A DNA stretch of 42,086 nucleotides. Origin: an uncultured virus (IMG/VR IMGVR_UViG_3300028559_000007). Taxonomy: Duplodnaviria > Heunggongvirae > Uroviricota > Caudoviricetes. The DNA is taken from IMG/VR virus record IMGVR_UViG_3300028559_000007; one strand, 5' to 3'. Each line of letters opens with the position of its first letter. The first letter of the stretch is position 1. This document shows, piece after piece, positions 9,735-19,179 of the stretch. The notes beneath the pieces were generated by a model, which ran no database searches, was not told where the DNA came from, and worked only from the letters and a program-made list of their open reading frames with translations. Position numbers and translations under genes: made by a program.

Positions 9735-10179
9735 ATATTGGTTAGGACATATAAATAATTGTCCACTTAGAATTGATTTTTTAAAAATAATATCTGAAGC
9801 ATTACCATTAGAATTTTATATTGAAACTAATAAAACTAAAGAAAATTTCATTTCTGATATTTATCTTAATGGTGTTTATGATAGTATTGATATTACTTTA
9901 AAATATGGATATTATCCGTTACCGTATGTTAAAGAAATATTTATAGTAGATTGGAAAAATGGATTTGGTTATAATCGGAGTTTAATTCATTTAGAATATT
10001 GGGATGATGAATGGAAGATTAGGAAAAGAATTATAGGATATAGTAAAAAAATAATTAGTGGTGATTATATCATAGGAAAAGATCAGTTATATCCAGAAAT
10101 AATTGATTATTTTAAAATTTTAGATAATAATTTAGGGAAGAATTTATTAAGAAGTTTTAATTTAAATAAATTGATTTGA
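9727..10179 (+). CDS. Hypothetical protein, C-terminal tag
   Basis: Ends LLRSFNLNKLI. Confidence 0.7.
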   Translation: MNKYWLGHINNCPLRIDFLKIISEALPLEFYIETNKTKENFISDIYLNGVYDSIDITLKYGYYPLPYVKEIFIVDWKNGFGYNRSLIHLEYWDDEWKIRKRIIGYSKKIISGDYIIGKDQLYPEIIDYFKILDNNLGKNLLRSFNLNKLI

Positions 10180-10884
10180 TATTTTTAAGCTCATTTTACC
10201 ACACCAAGATTTAACAAAGTCTTTAAATTCAGTAACATTTGTTCCATATAATTTTTCAGGAACTATTATAGATCCTGATCTAACAATTAATATTCTACTT
10301 ATTGGATTCTCAATATTTCTATCATTTTTCCTAATTAAATAAGCGACTAAACATCCTCTACTTAATAGGTATCTTACCATATGTAGATGTTCTCCACCAT
10401 ATCTTTTATCATTTAAATCATGGCAAGTAGTCCATCCTCTATCAGTTGACATACCAATTATATCATAAGGATGTCGACTAATTACAACTTGTAAGTCGTC
10501 AACGTTTTTAAGAGTATTTGTTTTACTTTTATTATAAGTATCAAGCAACTTATCTTCTCCTAATTTTCTAAGTAATTTTCCAATTCTTATTCGTCTTCCA
10601 TCTTTATCTGTACAAATACCATTGATATAATCGATAATTTTCATTTTATTATATTGTCCATACCATTTAAAAAAATCTTCTATTTCTAAAGGTATTTCAA
10701 TTTGAAAGTTATCAGTATCGACTTTTATATCATAATAAACTCTATCATAATTTCTAGAATGGTTTGGTTCTTTTTCAAAAATTTCTCCCATGTTATCATA
10801 GAAAATTTTATTCATATGAGTTGACCACTTCTTATATTCCTGTATACTTATTTTCTCAAAAAATTCTTTATATTTTTTAATCAT
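10162..10884 (-). CDS. Putative capsid-internal protein (CTS-like) with SRHPYD-GMSTDRGWTTC motif
   Basis: Starts MIKKYKEFFE; TATATATA upstream. Confidence 0.75.
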   Translation of the reverse strand: MIKKYKEFFEKISIQEYKKWSTHMNKIFYDNMGEIFEKEPNHSRNYDRVYYDIKVDTDNFQIEIPLEIEDFFKWYGQYNKMKIIDYINGICTDKDGRRIRIGKLLRKLGEDKLLDTYNKSKTNTLKNVDDLQVVISRHPYDIIGMSTDRGWTTCHDLNDKRYGGEHLHMVRYLLSRGCLVAYLIRKNDRNIENPISRILIVRSGSIIVPEKLYGTNVTEFKDFVKSWCGKMSLKISNQFI

Positions 10885-10960
10885 ATGTTATATATAAATT
10901 TAAAAAATTTTTATTTCTAATTTAAATTACTTATCTTTGTATATTATTATTTAAACAAAA

Positions 10961-11149
10961 ATGAAAGATATTTTAAAATATAAAGTAATACAACATTTAA
11001 ATAACTTATCAAATAAAAAAGCAATTATCTATTTTGGCAAAGACTATTACACAATAGATAAACTAATTGAAGAAGTTTTAAATGAAACATATGTTGGTAA
11101 ATTGTATATGGATGGATATATAAACGCAATAAATTTTATTAATAATTAA
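10961..11149 (+). CDS. Hypothetical protein
   Basis: ORF downstream of TATCTTTG box. Confidence 0.65.
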   Translation: MKDILKYKVIQHLNNLSNKKAIIYFGKDYYTIDKLIEEVLNETYVGKLYMDGYINAINFINN

Positions 11150-11152
11150 CCT

Positions 11153-11566
11153 ATGGCAACTTTTGTTTATTTTAATAGAAATAGCATTATTCATACTAAA
11201 GATGATTTAAATTTAAATATTGGAGATATTTTTGATTATGATTGTTCAAAAATATCAGAATCTGATCTGGTAAAAGCAATTGAAATTGAAACTAGGAAAT
11301 TTTTCACTGGATCTGAAAAAATTCAAAATATGCAAACAGCTTCAGTTACTAGGAAATTCAATTCTTTAAAAGAAGAAGAAGAATTATTTAGGAATAAAAA
11401 TATTAAATTTATTGTTGTTAGTAAATCAAAATCAATCTTTCATGATCTGGTTGACTCTTTACATGATTCGTATGATTCTATTGAAATGAATACACGAATA
11501 AGTGTTGAAATATATGATGAATCATATATTCGAGATAAAAAACTAAATGAACTTATTAATGAGTAA
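11153..11566 (+). CDS. Hypothetical protein, C-terminal tag
   Basis: Ends IRDKKLNELINE. Confidence 0.8.
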   Translation: MATFVYFNRNSIIHTKDDLNLNIGDIFDYDCSKISESDLVKAIEIETRKFFTGSEKIQNMQTASVTRKFNSLKEEEELFRNKNIKFIVVSKSKSIFHDLVDSLHDSYDSIEMNTRISVEIYDESYIRDKKLNELINE

Positions 11567-11840
11567 ATTTAAACCAGGTGACCATATTATTTATAAAAAA
11601 TTAAATAAACATAAAACAGAAATTGTTTGGTCTGCTAAATGTATTTTCTTAGATGAAACTTTACATGAGTTTGGAGATTCTTCTTATACACTTAAATTTA
11701 AAGTTAATTATAATTTAGGTATTTTTACTGAAACAACTTTTACAATTTATAGTGAAAATGAAATTGAATTAGATAAACAACATTATAGAGATTTAAAACT
11801 AAATAATTTAGGATTGCACAAATTTAAAGAAAAAAAATGA
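11559..11840 (+). CDS. Hypothetical protein, C-terminal tag
   Basis: MSKFKPGD...YRDLKLNNLGL. Confidence 0.75.
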   Translation: MSKFKPGDHIIYKKLNKHKTEIVWSAKCIFLDETLHEFGDSSYTLKFKVNYNLGIFTETTFTIYSENEIELDKQHYRDLKLNNLGLHKFKEKK

Positions 11841-12241
11841 AAAATATAATAATTTTATTAATACTCTTATTAACATCTTGTCAAAAAGAAGATGTTATTA
11901 CAACAACTACATTTAAAGATAAAAAATTCAATCAAAATATAGAAAATTCTACTTGGGTAATTAAAGAAATTGAATTTCAGAATGAAATATCATATTATAA
12001 TGATACATTAAAATTCTTAAAAGGTACTATACTTATTTATAATGCTGATACAACATCATATGAATTTTATATTACTGGACCAGAATCTTACCATTTAAGA
12101 TTAAAAGAATCTCCAGTTGGATATATTGATACTGATATAACTAATGATGATTTAATTTTAGGTAAACTCGATAAACATACATTTTATAATGTTTATGTTT
12201 TAAGTAATAAATATAAAATAACTTTAACACGTTTGAAATGA
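11837..12241 (+). CDS. Lipoprotein
   Basis: Signal peptide II MKNIIILLILLLTSC followed by QKED. Confidence 0.75.
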   Translation: MKNIIILLILLLTSCQKEDVITTTTFKDKKFNQNIENSTWVIKEIEFQNEISYYNDTLKFLKGTILIYNADTTSYEFYITGPESYHLRLKESPVGYIDTDITNDDLILGKLDKHTFYNVYVLSNKYKITLTRLK

Positions 12242-12393
12242 CTGAAGAAATATTAAATCAATCAGGAAAAAAGATTCATAAAATGGGTCGTAAATAAATT
12301 CAATTATTTTTTACACCGACTTAGTCGAAAGATATACAAAATTGATAGAAGAATCAAAAATAAACAAAGAGGCTTCCGAGCCCTTAGAAGAAA

Positions 12394-13194
12394 TTATGTA
12401 ATAGAATCATTATACCATTCAGTTACATTATCTTTGTCTTGATATAAAGAATTAGTTCTAATTTTATTAAAAGATTCAAATATTTCTTCTATTTCTTCAG
12501 ATCCACCTCCTATAATTAATAAAAGGTCCATTATCTTCTTCTTGTGTGGAGTTATTAAAGAGATTAAATTTCTTTTAAATTTAATTGCAGATTTTCTATC
12601 AGAAAATATACCATAAATATATTTATGCATCACTCTATTTATATTTATATTTATCGATTTCGTTTTATGATATAGATCAACCACATCATCACAATCTTCA
12701 TCAGATTCATAATTAAATTCATCTAAACCACCCAAACAATTACTTAATTCTATATTTAGTGAAAATAAGTGAAAATTATCCCATTTAATTGCATTTTTGA
12801 TATCACCTGCAACTGATGATTTTAATTCTTCGGAAGCCAAAAATTTAAATTCTAATGTAAATGATAAAGTTTTACTACCTTTTTTCCACTCATTTACTAA
12901 ATCTTCTTCTGTTAGATTTAAATCAACTAATTTTGAGTTAACATTATTTTGAGGCCCATCTAAATATGGCATTCCATAATAGAAATTACAAATAGGATTT
13001 GTTACTTTACCACTTACTACTCTACTATCTTTAATAGATTGTATATGAACATTGTAAAATCCATGATCTTTCTCATGACCGTAATCAATTAATGAATTGC
13101 CTCTTTTCTCTTTACCATAATGTTTAAGCCATTTACCAGCATTTTTATAAATTTGAGGTTTTAACTCTTCATTGAAATGTTTAAGATGTTTCAT
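12394..13194 (-). CDS. Putative capsid-internal protein (CTS-like)
   Basis: Starts MKHLKHFNEE; AATATATA upstream. Confidence 0.75.
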   Translation of the reverse strand: MKHLKHFNEELKPQIYKNAGKWLKHYGKEKRGNSLIDYGHEKDHGFYNVHIQSIKDSRVVSGKVTNPICNFYYGMPYLDGPQNNVNSKLVDLNLTEEDLVNEWKKGSKTLSFTLEFKFLASEELKSSVAGDIKNAIKWDNFHLFSLNIELSNCLGGLDEFNYESDEDCDDVVDLYHKTKSINININRVMHKYIYGIFSDRKSAIKFKRNLISLITPHKKKIMDLLLIIGGGSEEIEEIFESFNKIRTNSLYQDKDNVTEWYNDSIT

Positions 13195-13197
13195 ACG

Positions 13198-13224
13198 TTT
13201 ATATATTAAATTTTAATATATAAA
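13198..13224. promoter_or_regulatory. Back-to-back late-type promoters forming a 13-bp inverted repeat
   Basis: TTTATATATTAAA-T-TTTAATATATAAA between two divergent CTS-like genes. Confidence 0.65.
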
Positions 13225-13231
13225 ATTAATT

Positions 13232-14065
13232 ATGAAATCATATAAAAAATTTATAGAAGATAAATTTATTTTTGAAAACTTTCTAAATATAGATTCAATT
13301 TGTAAAAAATATTTTATAAAAAACTATACTATAAATAGTGATAATTCAGTTGATGTTGATGGTGGAGTTCATCTATCTTCTATAAATTTACGTAGTATTC
13401 CATTAAAATTTGGTAAGGTTAGTGGATCATTTGATTGTCGTTATAATTATTTAACTACATTAGAAGGATGTCCAATTGAGGTTAGTGGTGATTTTTATTG
13501 TAGTGATAATCTATTAACTTCACTAGAAGGTGGACCAAATAAAATAGGTAAAGATTTTAATTGCAGTTTTAATAAATTAACTTCATTAAAAGGTGGTCCA
13601 GAATTTGTTAGTAGACATTTTTTTTGTACTCAAAATAGATTAGAATCATTAGAAGGATCACCGAAAAGTTTAAGTGGTGATTTTTATTGCAGTTTTAATC
13701 AACTAACTTCACTAGAAGGAGGACCAACTAATGTTAATGATTTTTATTGCAATGATAATAAATTAACTTCTTTAGTAGGATGTCCAGAAAAGATTGGTGA
13801 ATATTTTAATTGTAATAATAATAATATTATTGATTTTAGGGGAATATCAGAATTTTTTGAAGGATATTTTTATTGTGAGGGTAATCCAATAGAGGAAATA
13901 TGGAATCTGTTTGATGATGATATTCGATGTATCCGTTGGATTAACGAGTTTGATGTTATTGTAGATGGAAATAAAGTTATTTTAGATCGACTGGAAGAAG
14001 TATTTCATCAATTAGGTATGGATGTATTGGAAAATTTAGAATTTAAATTTTATGAAATAGTTTGA
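13232..14065 (+). CDS. Leucine-rich-repeat-like protein (22-aa repeats), CTS-like N-terminus
   Basis: Repeats of FxCxxNxLTSLEGxPxxV; starts MKSYKKFIE. Confidence 0.8.
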   Translation: MKSYKKFIEDKFIFENFLNIDSICKKYFIKNYTINSDNSVDVDGGVHLSSINLRSIPLKFGKVSGSFDCRYNYLTTLEGCPIEVSGDFYCSDNLLTSLEGGPNKIGKDFNCSFNKLTSLKGGPEFVSRHFFCTQNRLESLEGSPKSLSGDFYCSFNQLTSLEGGPTNVNDFYCNDNKLTSLVGCPEKIGEYFNCNNNNIIDFRGISEFFEGYFYCEGNPIEEIWNLFDDDIRCIRWINEFDVIVDGNKVILDRLEEVFHQLGMDVLENLEFKFYEIV

Positions 14066-14105
14066 TTTTGTATTTTTATTATGTATATTTGTAAAAATAG
14101 AAATT

Positions 14106-14243
14106 ATGAACTTCTTAGAAACTATTATAGACAATCCTCACAACCTTCGTAATATATTAGCTAAAGATATTGATCTACAAAAAGAAATTTCTAAGCTTTA
14201 TTCAGAAACCCGTAATAACATTTTAGAGAAATTATTACTATAA
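14106..14243 (+). CDS. Small protein (45 aa), C-terminal tag
   Basis: Read by eye after TATATTTG box; ends ETRNNILEKLLL*. Confidence 0.6.
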   Translation: MNFLETIIDNPHNLRNILAKDIDLQKEISKLYSETRNNILEKLLL

Positions 14244-14935
14244 TGAAAATAGTACCAGTAATTCATTGTTTATCAGCTGAACAAGTAATGTATAATGCTG
14301 ATGTTTGTTATTCTAACGGAATAGATTTTGTGTTTTTAATAGATCATAATCTACATTCAGATATTGATATTAAAGAATATTTCTATATGATTAAGGATAA
14401 ATATCCAGGAATGGCAGTTGGTATTAATTATCTTCAACTTGATACATTTGATGCTTTAAGTGAGGCAAATATTCTTAAAAGTGAGTGTTTAAAATATAGT
14501 TATAAATTAGATGCTGTTTGGGCAGATAAATCTTATATTACAAAAAATTCTTATATAGGTGGTGGTTCAGATCTTGATATGGCTGAAAAAATATTAAGTA
14601 ACAATAAAGGTTATTTATATTTTGGATCTGTTGCTTTCAAATATCAAAAACAACCACACCCAGATGAACTTGAATGGGTTTGTAAAACTGCATGTGAATA
14701 TATGGATGTTATTACAACAAGTGGTCCATCAACTGGAAAAGCAGCTGATATTGAGAAGATTAAACTAATGAAATCATATATAGGAAATCATCCTCTTTCA
14801 ATTGCCTCTGGATTAAGTTATTTAAATAAAAGTCAATTTGATCCTTATGTGGATTATGGATTAGTAGCATCTAGTATTACTGAAAGAACAACCGAAAAAA
14901 TAATTGAATCAGAATTAAAAAAACTTATAAAATGA
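14243..14935 (+). CDS. BtpA/SgcQ-like TIM-barrel protein
   Basis: PVIH start, VGINYL, FKYQ, DVITTSGPSTGKAA, IASG and LVASS motifs. Confidence 0.65.
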   Translation: MKIVPVIHCLSAEQVMYNADVCYSNGIDFVFLIDHNLHSDIDIKEYFYMIKDKYPGMAVGINYLQLDTFDALSEANILKSECLKYSYKLDAVWADKSYITKNSYIGGGSDLDMAEKILSNNKGYLYFGSVAFKYQKQPHPDELEWVCKTACEYMDVITTSGPSTGKAADIEKIKLMKSYIGNHPLSIASGLSYLNKSQFDPYVDYGLVASSITERTTEKIIESELKKLIK

Positions 14936-15420
14936 AAGAAAAGATATTAAAATTAATTGATTCTCTTATACAAGATAATAAATCAATTACTAAAAATTAT
15001 AAAAGTACATCTAGATATTATACTAAGATAATACATGATGTATATGATGATAAATATATTTATCCAAACTTAGAACCAAAAAGTTTTACCCATTATAGTA
15101 TCGAATTTTCAATTGATGGTATTCCAAAAATTGAAATATTAACCCGTTTAAAAGAAATTGTTGTAGAAGAAAAAATTGAATGTATTAAAAACGATTCTTG
15201 GTTTGGAATACCGCCAAATAAAAAAGTTGAATTAGATTTAAAAGTTCAAAGACTTGAAGAAGTTACTCACTACATAAAATATGGAGAATTTAAATTTGAT
15301 TTAACTGATCTAGAAGTAGAATCAATCTATGATAAAATAACTAAAAGAAGATTAGAATTAAAAAAAAAATTTGAATTAGATGAATTAAACAAACAATTTG
15401 AAAAGTATGGGATTGTTTAA
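14932..15420 (+). CDS. Hypothetical protein
   Basis: ATGA-coupled ORF. Confidence 0.7.
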   Translation: MKEKILKLIDSLIQDNKSITKNYKSTSRYYTKIIHDVYDDKYIYPNLEPKSFTHYSIEFSIDGIPKIEILTRLKEIVVEEKIECIKNDSWFGIPPNKKVELDLKVQRLEEVTHYIKYGEFKFDLTDLEVESIYDKITKRRLELKKKFELDELNKQFEKYGIV

Positions 15421-15431
15421 ATATTAATAAA

Positions 15432-15653
15432 ATGGAACTAAATAAATACCACCGACAATATCTTATTTCCCAACTAATTATAGCTGGTGAAGAATTAAAA
15501 ATTTTAATAGAAAGAATTTTTAGTCAAAAAGAATCAGAAACTGAAGAATATAGCGCAGAGCTTGAAATTAGTCAATTTCTTATAGATCTAAAAATAGAAG
15601 CAATAAAAAAAGCTTTGATTAATAATGAATTAGATTTCTATGATAGTGAGTGA
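15432..15653 (+). CDS. Hypothetical helical protein
   Basis: ORF in operon. Confidence 0.7.
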   Translation: MELNKYHRQYLISQLIIAGEELKILIERIFSQKESETEEYSAELEISQFLIDLKIEAIKKALINNELDFYDSE

Positions 15654-15873
15654 TAGAGAAAAATCTATTATTTGGTGGAGAAGCTTACATTCAGTAAATA
15701 ATTCTGATCTTTTTCTATGGAAAAATCTTTTCTCTAAATATGAGAAAGAACTAAAATTAGATACGTGGAAAGGTAGACAATACTTCGATTTAACTGGAAG
15801 AGAAATTGAGGATATTTGGAGAAGAGAAATGATAGAAATTAGAAATAACAAATTAGAATTTATTTTAAAATAA
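15640..15873 (+). CDS. Hypothetical protein, C-terminal tag
   Basis: Ends EIRNNKLEFILK. Confidence 0.75.
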   Translation: MIVSDREKSIIWWRSLHSVNNSDLFLWKNLFSKYEKELKLDTWKGRQYFDLTGREIEDIWRREMIEIRNNKLEFILK

Positions 15874-15879
15874 ATATTT

Positions 15880-16140
15880 ATGAATAAAAAAAATCAGGCT
15901 TGGAATACTTTACGATCATCCATAAAAAATCGTGATTTAAAAAGATGGTTTTATGAATTTAAAAATGGCCATCCATTTCTCTTAAATGAAGAGGTGGATA
16001 TCATTTGTGAGACAAGGATCGATTTAAGATATCTTTGGATGAACGATACACAAATTCAGAAGTTAATAAAATTAAGAGTTGAAAAGATGTATAGAGATAA
16101 ATATCCAAATTCAAAAAAGTGGACATTTCCAATTTTCTAA
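15880..16140 (+). CDS. Hypothetical protein
   Basis: ORF in operon. Confidence 0.7.
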   Translation: MNKKNQAWNTLRSSIKNRDLKRWFYEFKNGHPFLLNEEVDIICETRIDLRYLWMNDTQIQKLIKLRVEKMYRDKYPNSKKWTFPIF

Positions 16141-16144
16141 ATCT

Positions 16145-16525
16145 TTATAATCTACCTAAAAGTATGTTTATCTTATTATTTCGGTTAATTATTTTATCCG
16201 CTGATTGAAACAGAATTTCTTTATTTACTTCTAAAAAACTAAGTGATATTAGTGTTTCTGTATTATATATCTTTTCACCACCATTTCTACAAATTACTTT
16301 TTCGAGGTAGCAATATGCAGATGATAATTGATTATATTTAAAAAATTTTACTTGTATAATATCACCCTCACATAATTTAATATGATCGGTATAGTTATCC
16401 AAATCAGTGTTATAATTAAATTCAGAATATCTTTTTGTACAATTTGACCATGTGAAATCAAATTTCAAAAAGTAGTAGTGACTCTTTTGAAAAGACTCAT
16501 GTATTTGACCTGGGATATAATCCAT
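16145..16525 (-). CDS. Hypothetical protein, C-terminal tag
   Basis: Ends INRNNKINILLGRL. Confidence 0.75.
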   Translation of the reverse strand: MDYIPGQIHESFQKSHYYFLKFDFTWSNCTKRYSEFNYNTDLDNYTDHIKLCEGDIIQVKFFKYNQLSSAYCYLEKVICRNGGEKIYNTETLISLSFLEVNKEILFQSADKIINRNNKINILLGRL

Positions 16526-16869
16526 TAAAGTATTTGATTTAATTTATAATTTCTTAACCATCTTTTATATGATTCAATATTGAATCCATCATTCCCACGG
16601 TTTTCTCTATATACAAATGTGCCAATAAGATGTTTGTTTAAATCGCTTTCAGTAACAAGAGACCATCCATTCCAAGTAGGTCTTATAAAAGTCATTTCAA
16701 TATATCCATATTTACCAAATTTAATACCTAGTTCATTAATCATTTGAGAATATGGATTTATCATACTTTTATAGATTTTTTTATTTTCTATTTTATAATC
16801 TATGATTTCTGAAACATGTTTAGTTTCGCTATTAATATATTCTTTAAGAATTTCTTTATCAATTTCCAT
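16525..16869 (-). CDS. Hypothetical protein, C-terminal tag
   Basis: Ends WLRNYKLNQIL. Confidence 0.75.
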   Translation of the reverse strand: MEIDKEILKEYINSETKHVSEIIDYKIENKKIYKSMINPYSQMINELGIKFGKYGYIEMTFIRPTWNGWSLVTESDLNKHLIGTFVYRENRGNDGFNIESYKRWLRNYKLNQIL

Positions 16870-17173
16870 TACTAATGATTTTATTTATCTTAATATCTCT
16901 AAGGAATGAATTATAGGAAGATTTAAATATTTCTTCTTTTCTAATAAAAGATAATATTTCATCATCGTAATAGGAATCATTTTTAAAAGATAAACTTATA
17001 TTGTTATATTCAAAAATAATATTGTCTTCTTTAAATATTAAATGATTGAATAGAAAAGATAATTCCAACATCAATTCTAAATAAGGCGGTTCTATTTTAC
17101 CATCAAATTTACCATCAATAATATTTTGAAAGTTGTCTTTAATATTTGTATTAATCTCGTTAAGTTTAAACAT
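16859..17173 (-). CDS. Hypothetical protein, C-terminal tag
   Basis: TATCTTTG box upstream; ends FLRDIKINKIISNGN. Confidence 0.75.
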   Translation of the reverse strand: MFKLNEINTNIKDNFQNIIDGKFDGKIEPPYLELMLELSFLFNHLIFKEDNIIFEYNNISLSFKNDSYYDDEILSFIRKEEIFKSSYNSFLRDIKINKIISNGN

Positions 17174-17232
17174 AGGATTTTTACAAAGATATAAAAATTA
17201 TTTAATTAAACCAAGAAATTAATATATAAATT

Positions 17233-17988
17233 ATGAAATCATATAAAGAGTTTATTAAAGAATCTAAAGAAGATGATATTAAATCTATATGTAATAGATA
17301 TTTTATTAGAAATTATACAATTAATTCAGATGGATCAATTGATATTGGTGGTAGTATTAATTTAGGTAATAGAGGATTAATTAAATTGCCATTAAAAATT
17401 AGATCAGTTACTGGAGATTTTAGTTGTGGTTATAATGAATTAATTTCTCTAGAAGGATGTCCAGAAAAAGTAGGTGGTCATTTTGAGTGTGCTGGAAATA
17501 AATTAACTTCTTTAGAGGGATGTCCAAAAGAAGTAGGTGATGATTTTGATTGTAGTGATAATGAATTAAAGTCACTAGTTGGGTGTCCAGAATCAATTAA
17601 TGGTCGTTTTGCTTGTGATAATAATAGATTAGTTTCACTGGAAGGTTGTCCAAAATTAGTAGGTAAGGATTTTGCATGTTATGATAATAAATTGACCTCA
17701 TTAATTGGGTGTCCAGAGACTATTGGTAATCGTTTTTATTGTGAAAACAATATGATAAATGACTTTAGAGGGATATCAGAATTTTTTGAAAGTGATTTTT
17801 ATTGTGATTATAATCCAATATGGGAAATATGGAATCTATTTAATGATATTAGATGCATTAAATTTATTAATGAATTTGATGTGATTCAGGGAAATAGAGT
17901 TATTTTGGATAGGTTAGAAGATGTTTTTCATCTATTAGGAATGGATATACCAAAAAATATAAAACTGCCTAATTATGAAATCATATGA
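17233..17988 (+). CDS. LRR-like repeat protein, CTS-like N-terminus
   Basis: Paralogue of 13232; starts MKSYKEFIKES; AATATATA upstream. Confidence 0.8.
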   Translation: MKSYKEFIKESKEDDIKSICNRYFIRNYTINSDGSIDIGGSINLGNRGLIKLPLKIRSVTGDFSCGYNELISLEGCPEKVGGHFECAGNKLTSLEGCPKEVGDDFDCSDNELKSLVGCPESINGRFACDNNRLVSLEGCPKLVGKDFACYDNKLTSLIGCPETIGNRFYCENNMINDFRGISEFFESDFYCDYNPIWEIWNLFNDIRCIKFINEFDVIQGNRVILDRLEDVFHLLGMDIPKNIKLPNYEII

Positions 17989-18709
17989 ACAATTTATAAA
18001 GGAATCTAAATTACTTTCGAGTGAAAATCTTTTTGATATTGATTCAATTTGTGCGAAATATAATCTTAAAAACTATACTATAAATGATGATGGATCAATT
18101 GATGTTGATGGTGATGTTTATTTATGTGATAGAAAATTAATTAAACTACCATTAAAATTTAGAAAAGTTAGTGGATATTTTAGTTGTAGTTATAATAATC
18201 TAATTTCATTAGAGGGTTGTCCAAGTAGTATTGGTGGTAATTTTCATTGTGGTCATAATCAATTAACTTCATTAGAAGGTTGCCCAAAAAGTGTAGGTGG
18301 TAGTTTTACTTGCTTTGAAAATATGTTAACTACATTAGAAGGTTGTCCAACTATGGTAGGAGATGAATTTGATTGTAGTAATAACGAATTAAAATCACTA
18401 GTTGGATGTCCAGAAAGGATTGGAGCATATTTTTATTGTGATGATAATAACATAACTGATTTTAATGGAATATCGGATTTTTTTGATGGAGGATTTGATT
18501 GTGGTGGAAATTCAATTTATGAAATATGGAGTTTATTTAATGATGTTAGATGTATAAGATTACTCAATGAATTTGATGTTATACAAGGAAATAAAATTAT
18601 TTTAGATCGATTAGAAGAAGTTTATCATCAGTTGAATATTAATGTACCTAGAAACCTAGAATCTAAATTGAATGATTTAAAAATTAAAAAATTTTATGAA
18701 ATTATATAG
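17975..18709 (+). CDS. LRR-like repeat protein, CTS-like N-terminus
   Basis: Third paralogue; starts MKSYEQFIKES. Confidence 0.8.
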   Translation: MKSYEQFIKESKLLSSENLFDIDSICAKYNLKNYTINDDGSIDVDGDVYLCDRKLIKLPLKFRKVSGYFSCSYNNLISLEGCPSSIGGNFHCGHNQLTSLEGCPKSVGGSFTCFENMLTTLEGCPTMVGDEFDCSNNELKSLVGCPERIGAYFYCDDNNITDFNGISDFFDGGFDCGGNSIYEIWSLFNDVRCIRLLNEFDVIQGNKIILDRLEEVYHQLNINVPRNLESKLNDLKIKKFYEII

Positions 18710-18977
18710 TGAACTTGTAAATGAGTCAAAAAATATGTGGGAAGTAATAGATGGTAAACTTCATCGAGAATTTGAATTTAATAATTTCAATGATGCAATT
18801 TCATTTATTAATAAAGTTGCTACTCTTTCCGAAGAAGAAAATCATCATCCAGAGATTCATAATTTGTATAATAAAGTAGAAATTATTTTATGTACACATG
18901 ATAAAGGAAATGTTATTACTGATAAGGATAAACAATTAGCTAATAAAATAGATAAATATTTTAAATTAGGTAATTAA
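18696..18977 (+). CDS. phhB: Pterin-4-alpha-carbinolamine dehydratase
   Basis: W...L.REFEF.NF..A..F...VA..E..NHHP.I...Y.KV.I.L.THD....IT.KD.LA signature. Confidence 0.85.
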   Translation: MKLYSELVNESKNMWEVIDGKLHREFEFNNFNDAISFINKVATLSEEENHHPEIHNLYNKVEIILCTHDKGNVITDKDKQLANKIDKYFKLGN

Positions 18978-19010
18978 ATATTTTTAGTTTATATTTGTAT
19001 TATATAAGAT

Positions 19011-19163
19011 AGTCTGGTATATTCAAACTGGTAAAGAAAGAGGTCTAGTCCCATATGATTGATTTATTTTGAAGATAAATTTCTTGCTCATGGATGTAAA
19101 ACCGCTGGTGGCTCTAGCAAGAAAAGATACAAACTTTGTAGGTTCGAATCCTACTACCAACTC
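19011..19163 (+). tRNA. tRNA-like RNA with ~90-nt structured insert in place of the anticodon/variable region
   Basis: Ends AGT(C)TGGTA/TACCAACT pair; D-loop CAAACTGGTAAAG; T arm GTAGG-TTCGAAT-CCTAC; own TATATTTG promoter at 18990. Confidence 0.65.
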
Positions 19164-19179
19164 TTCTTATATAAATAGT

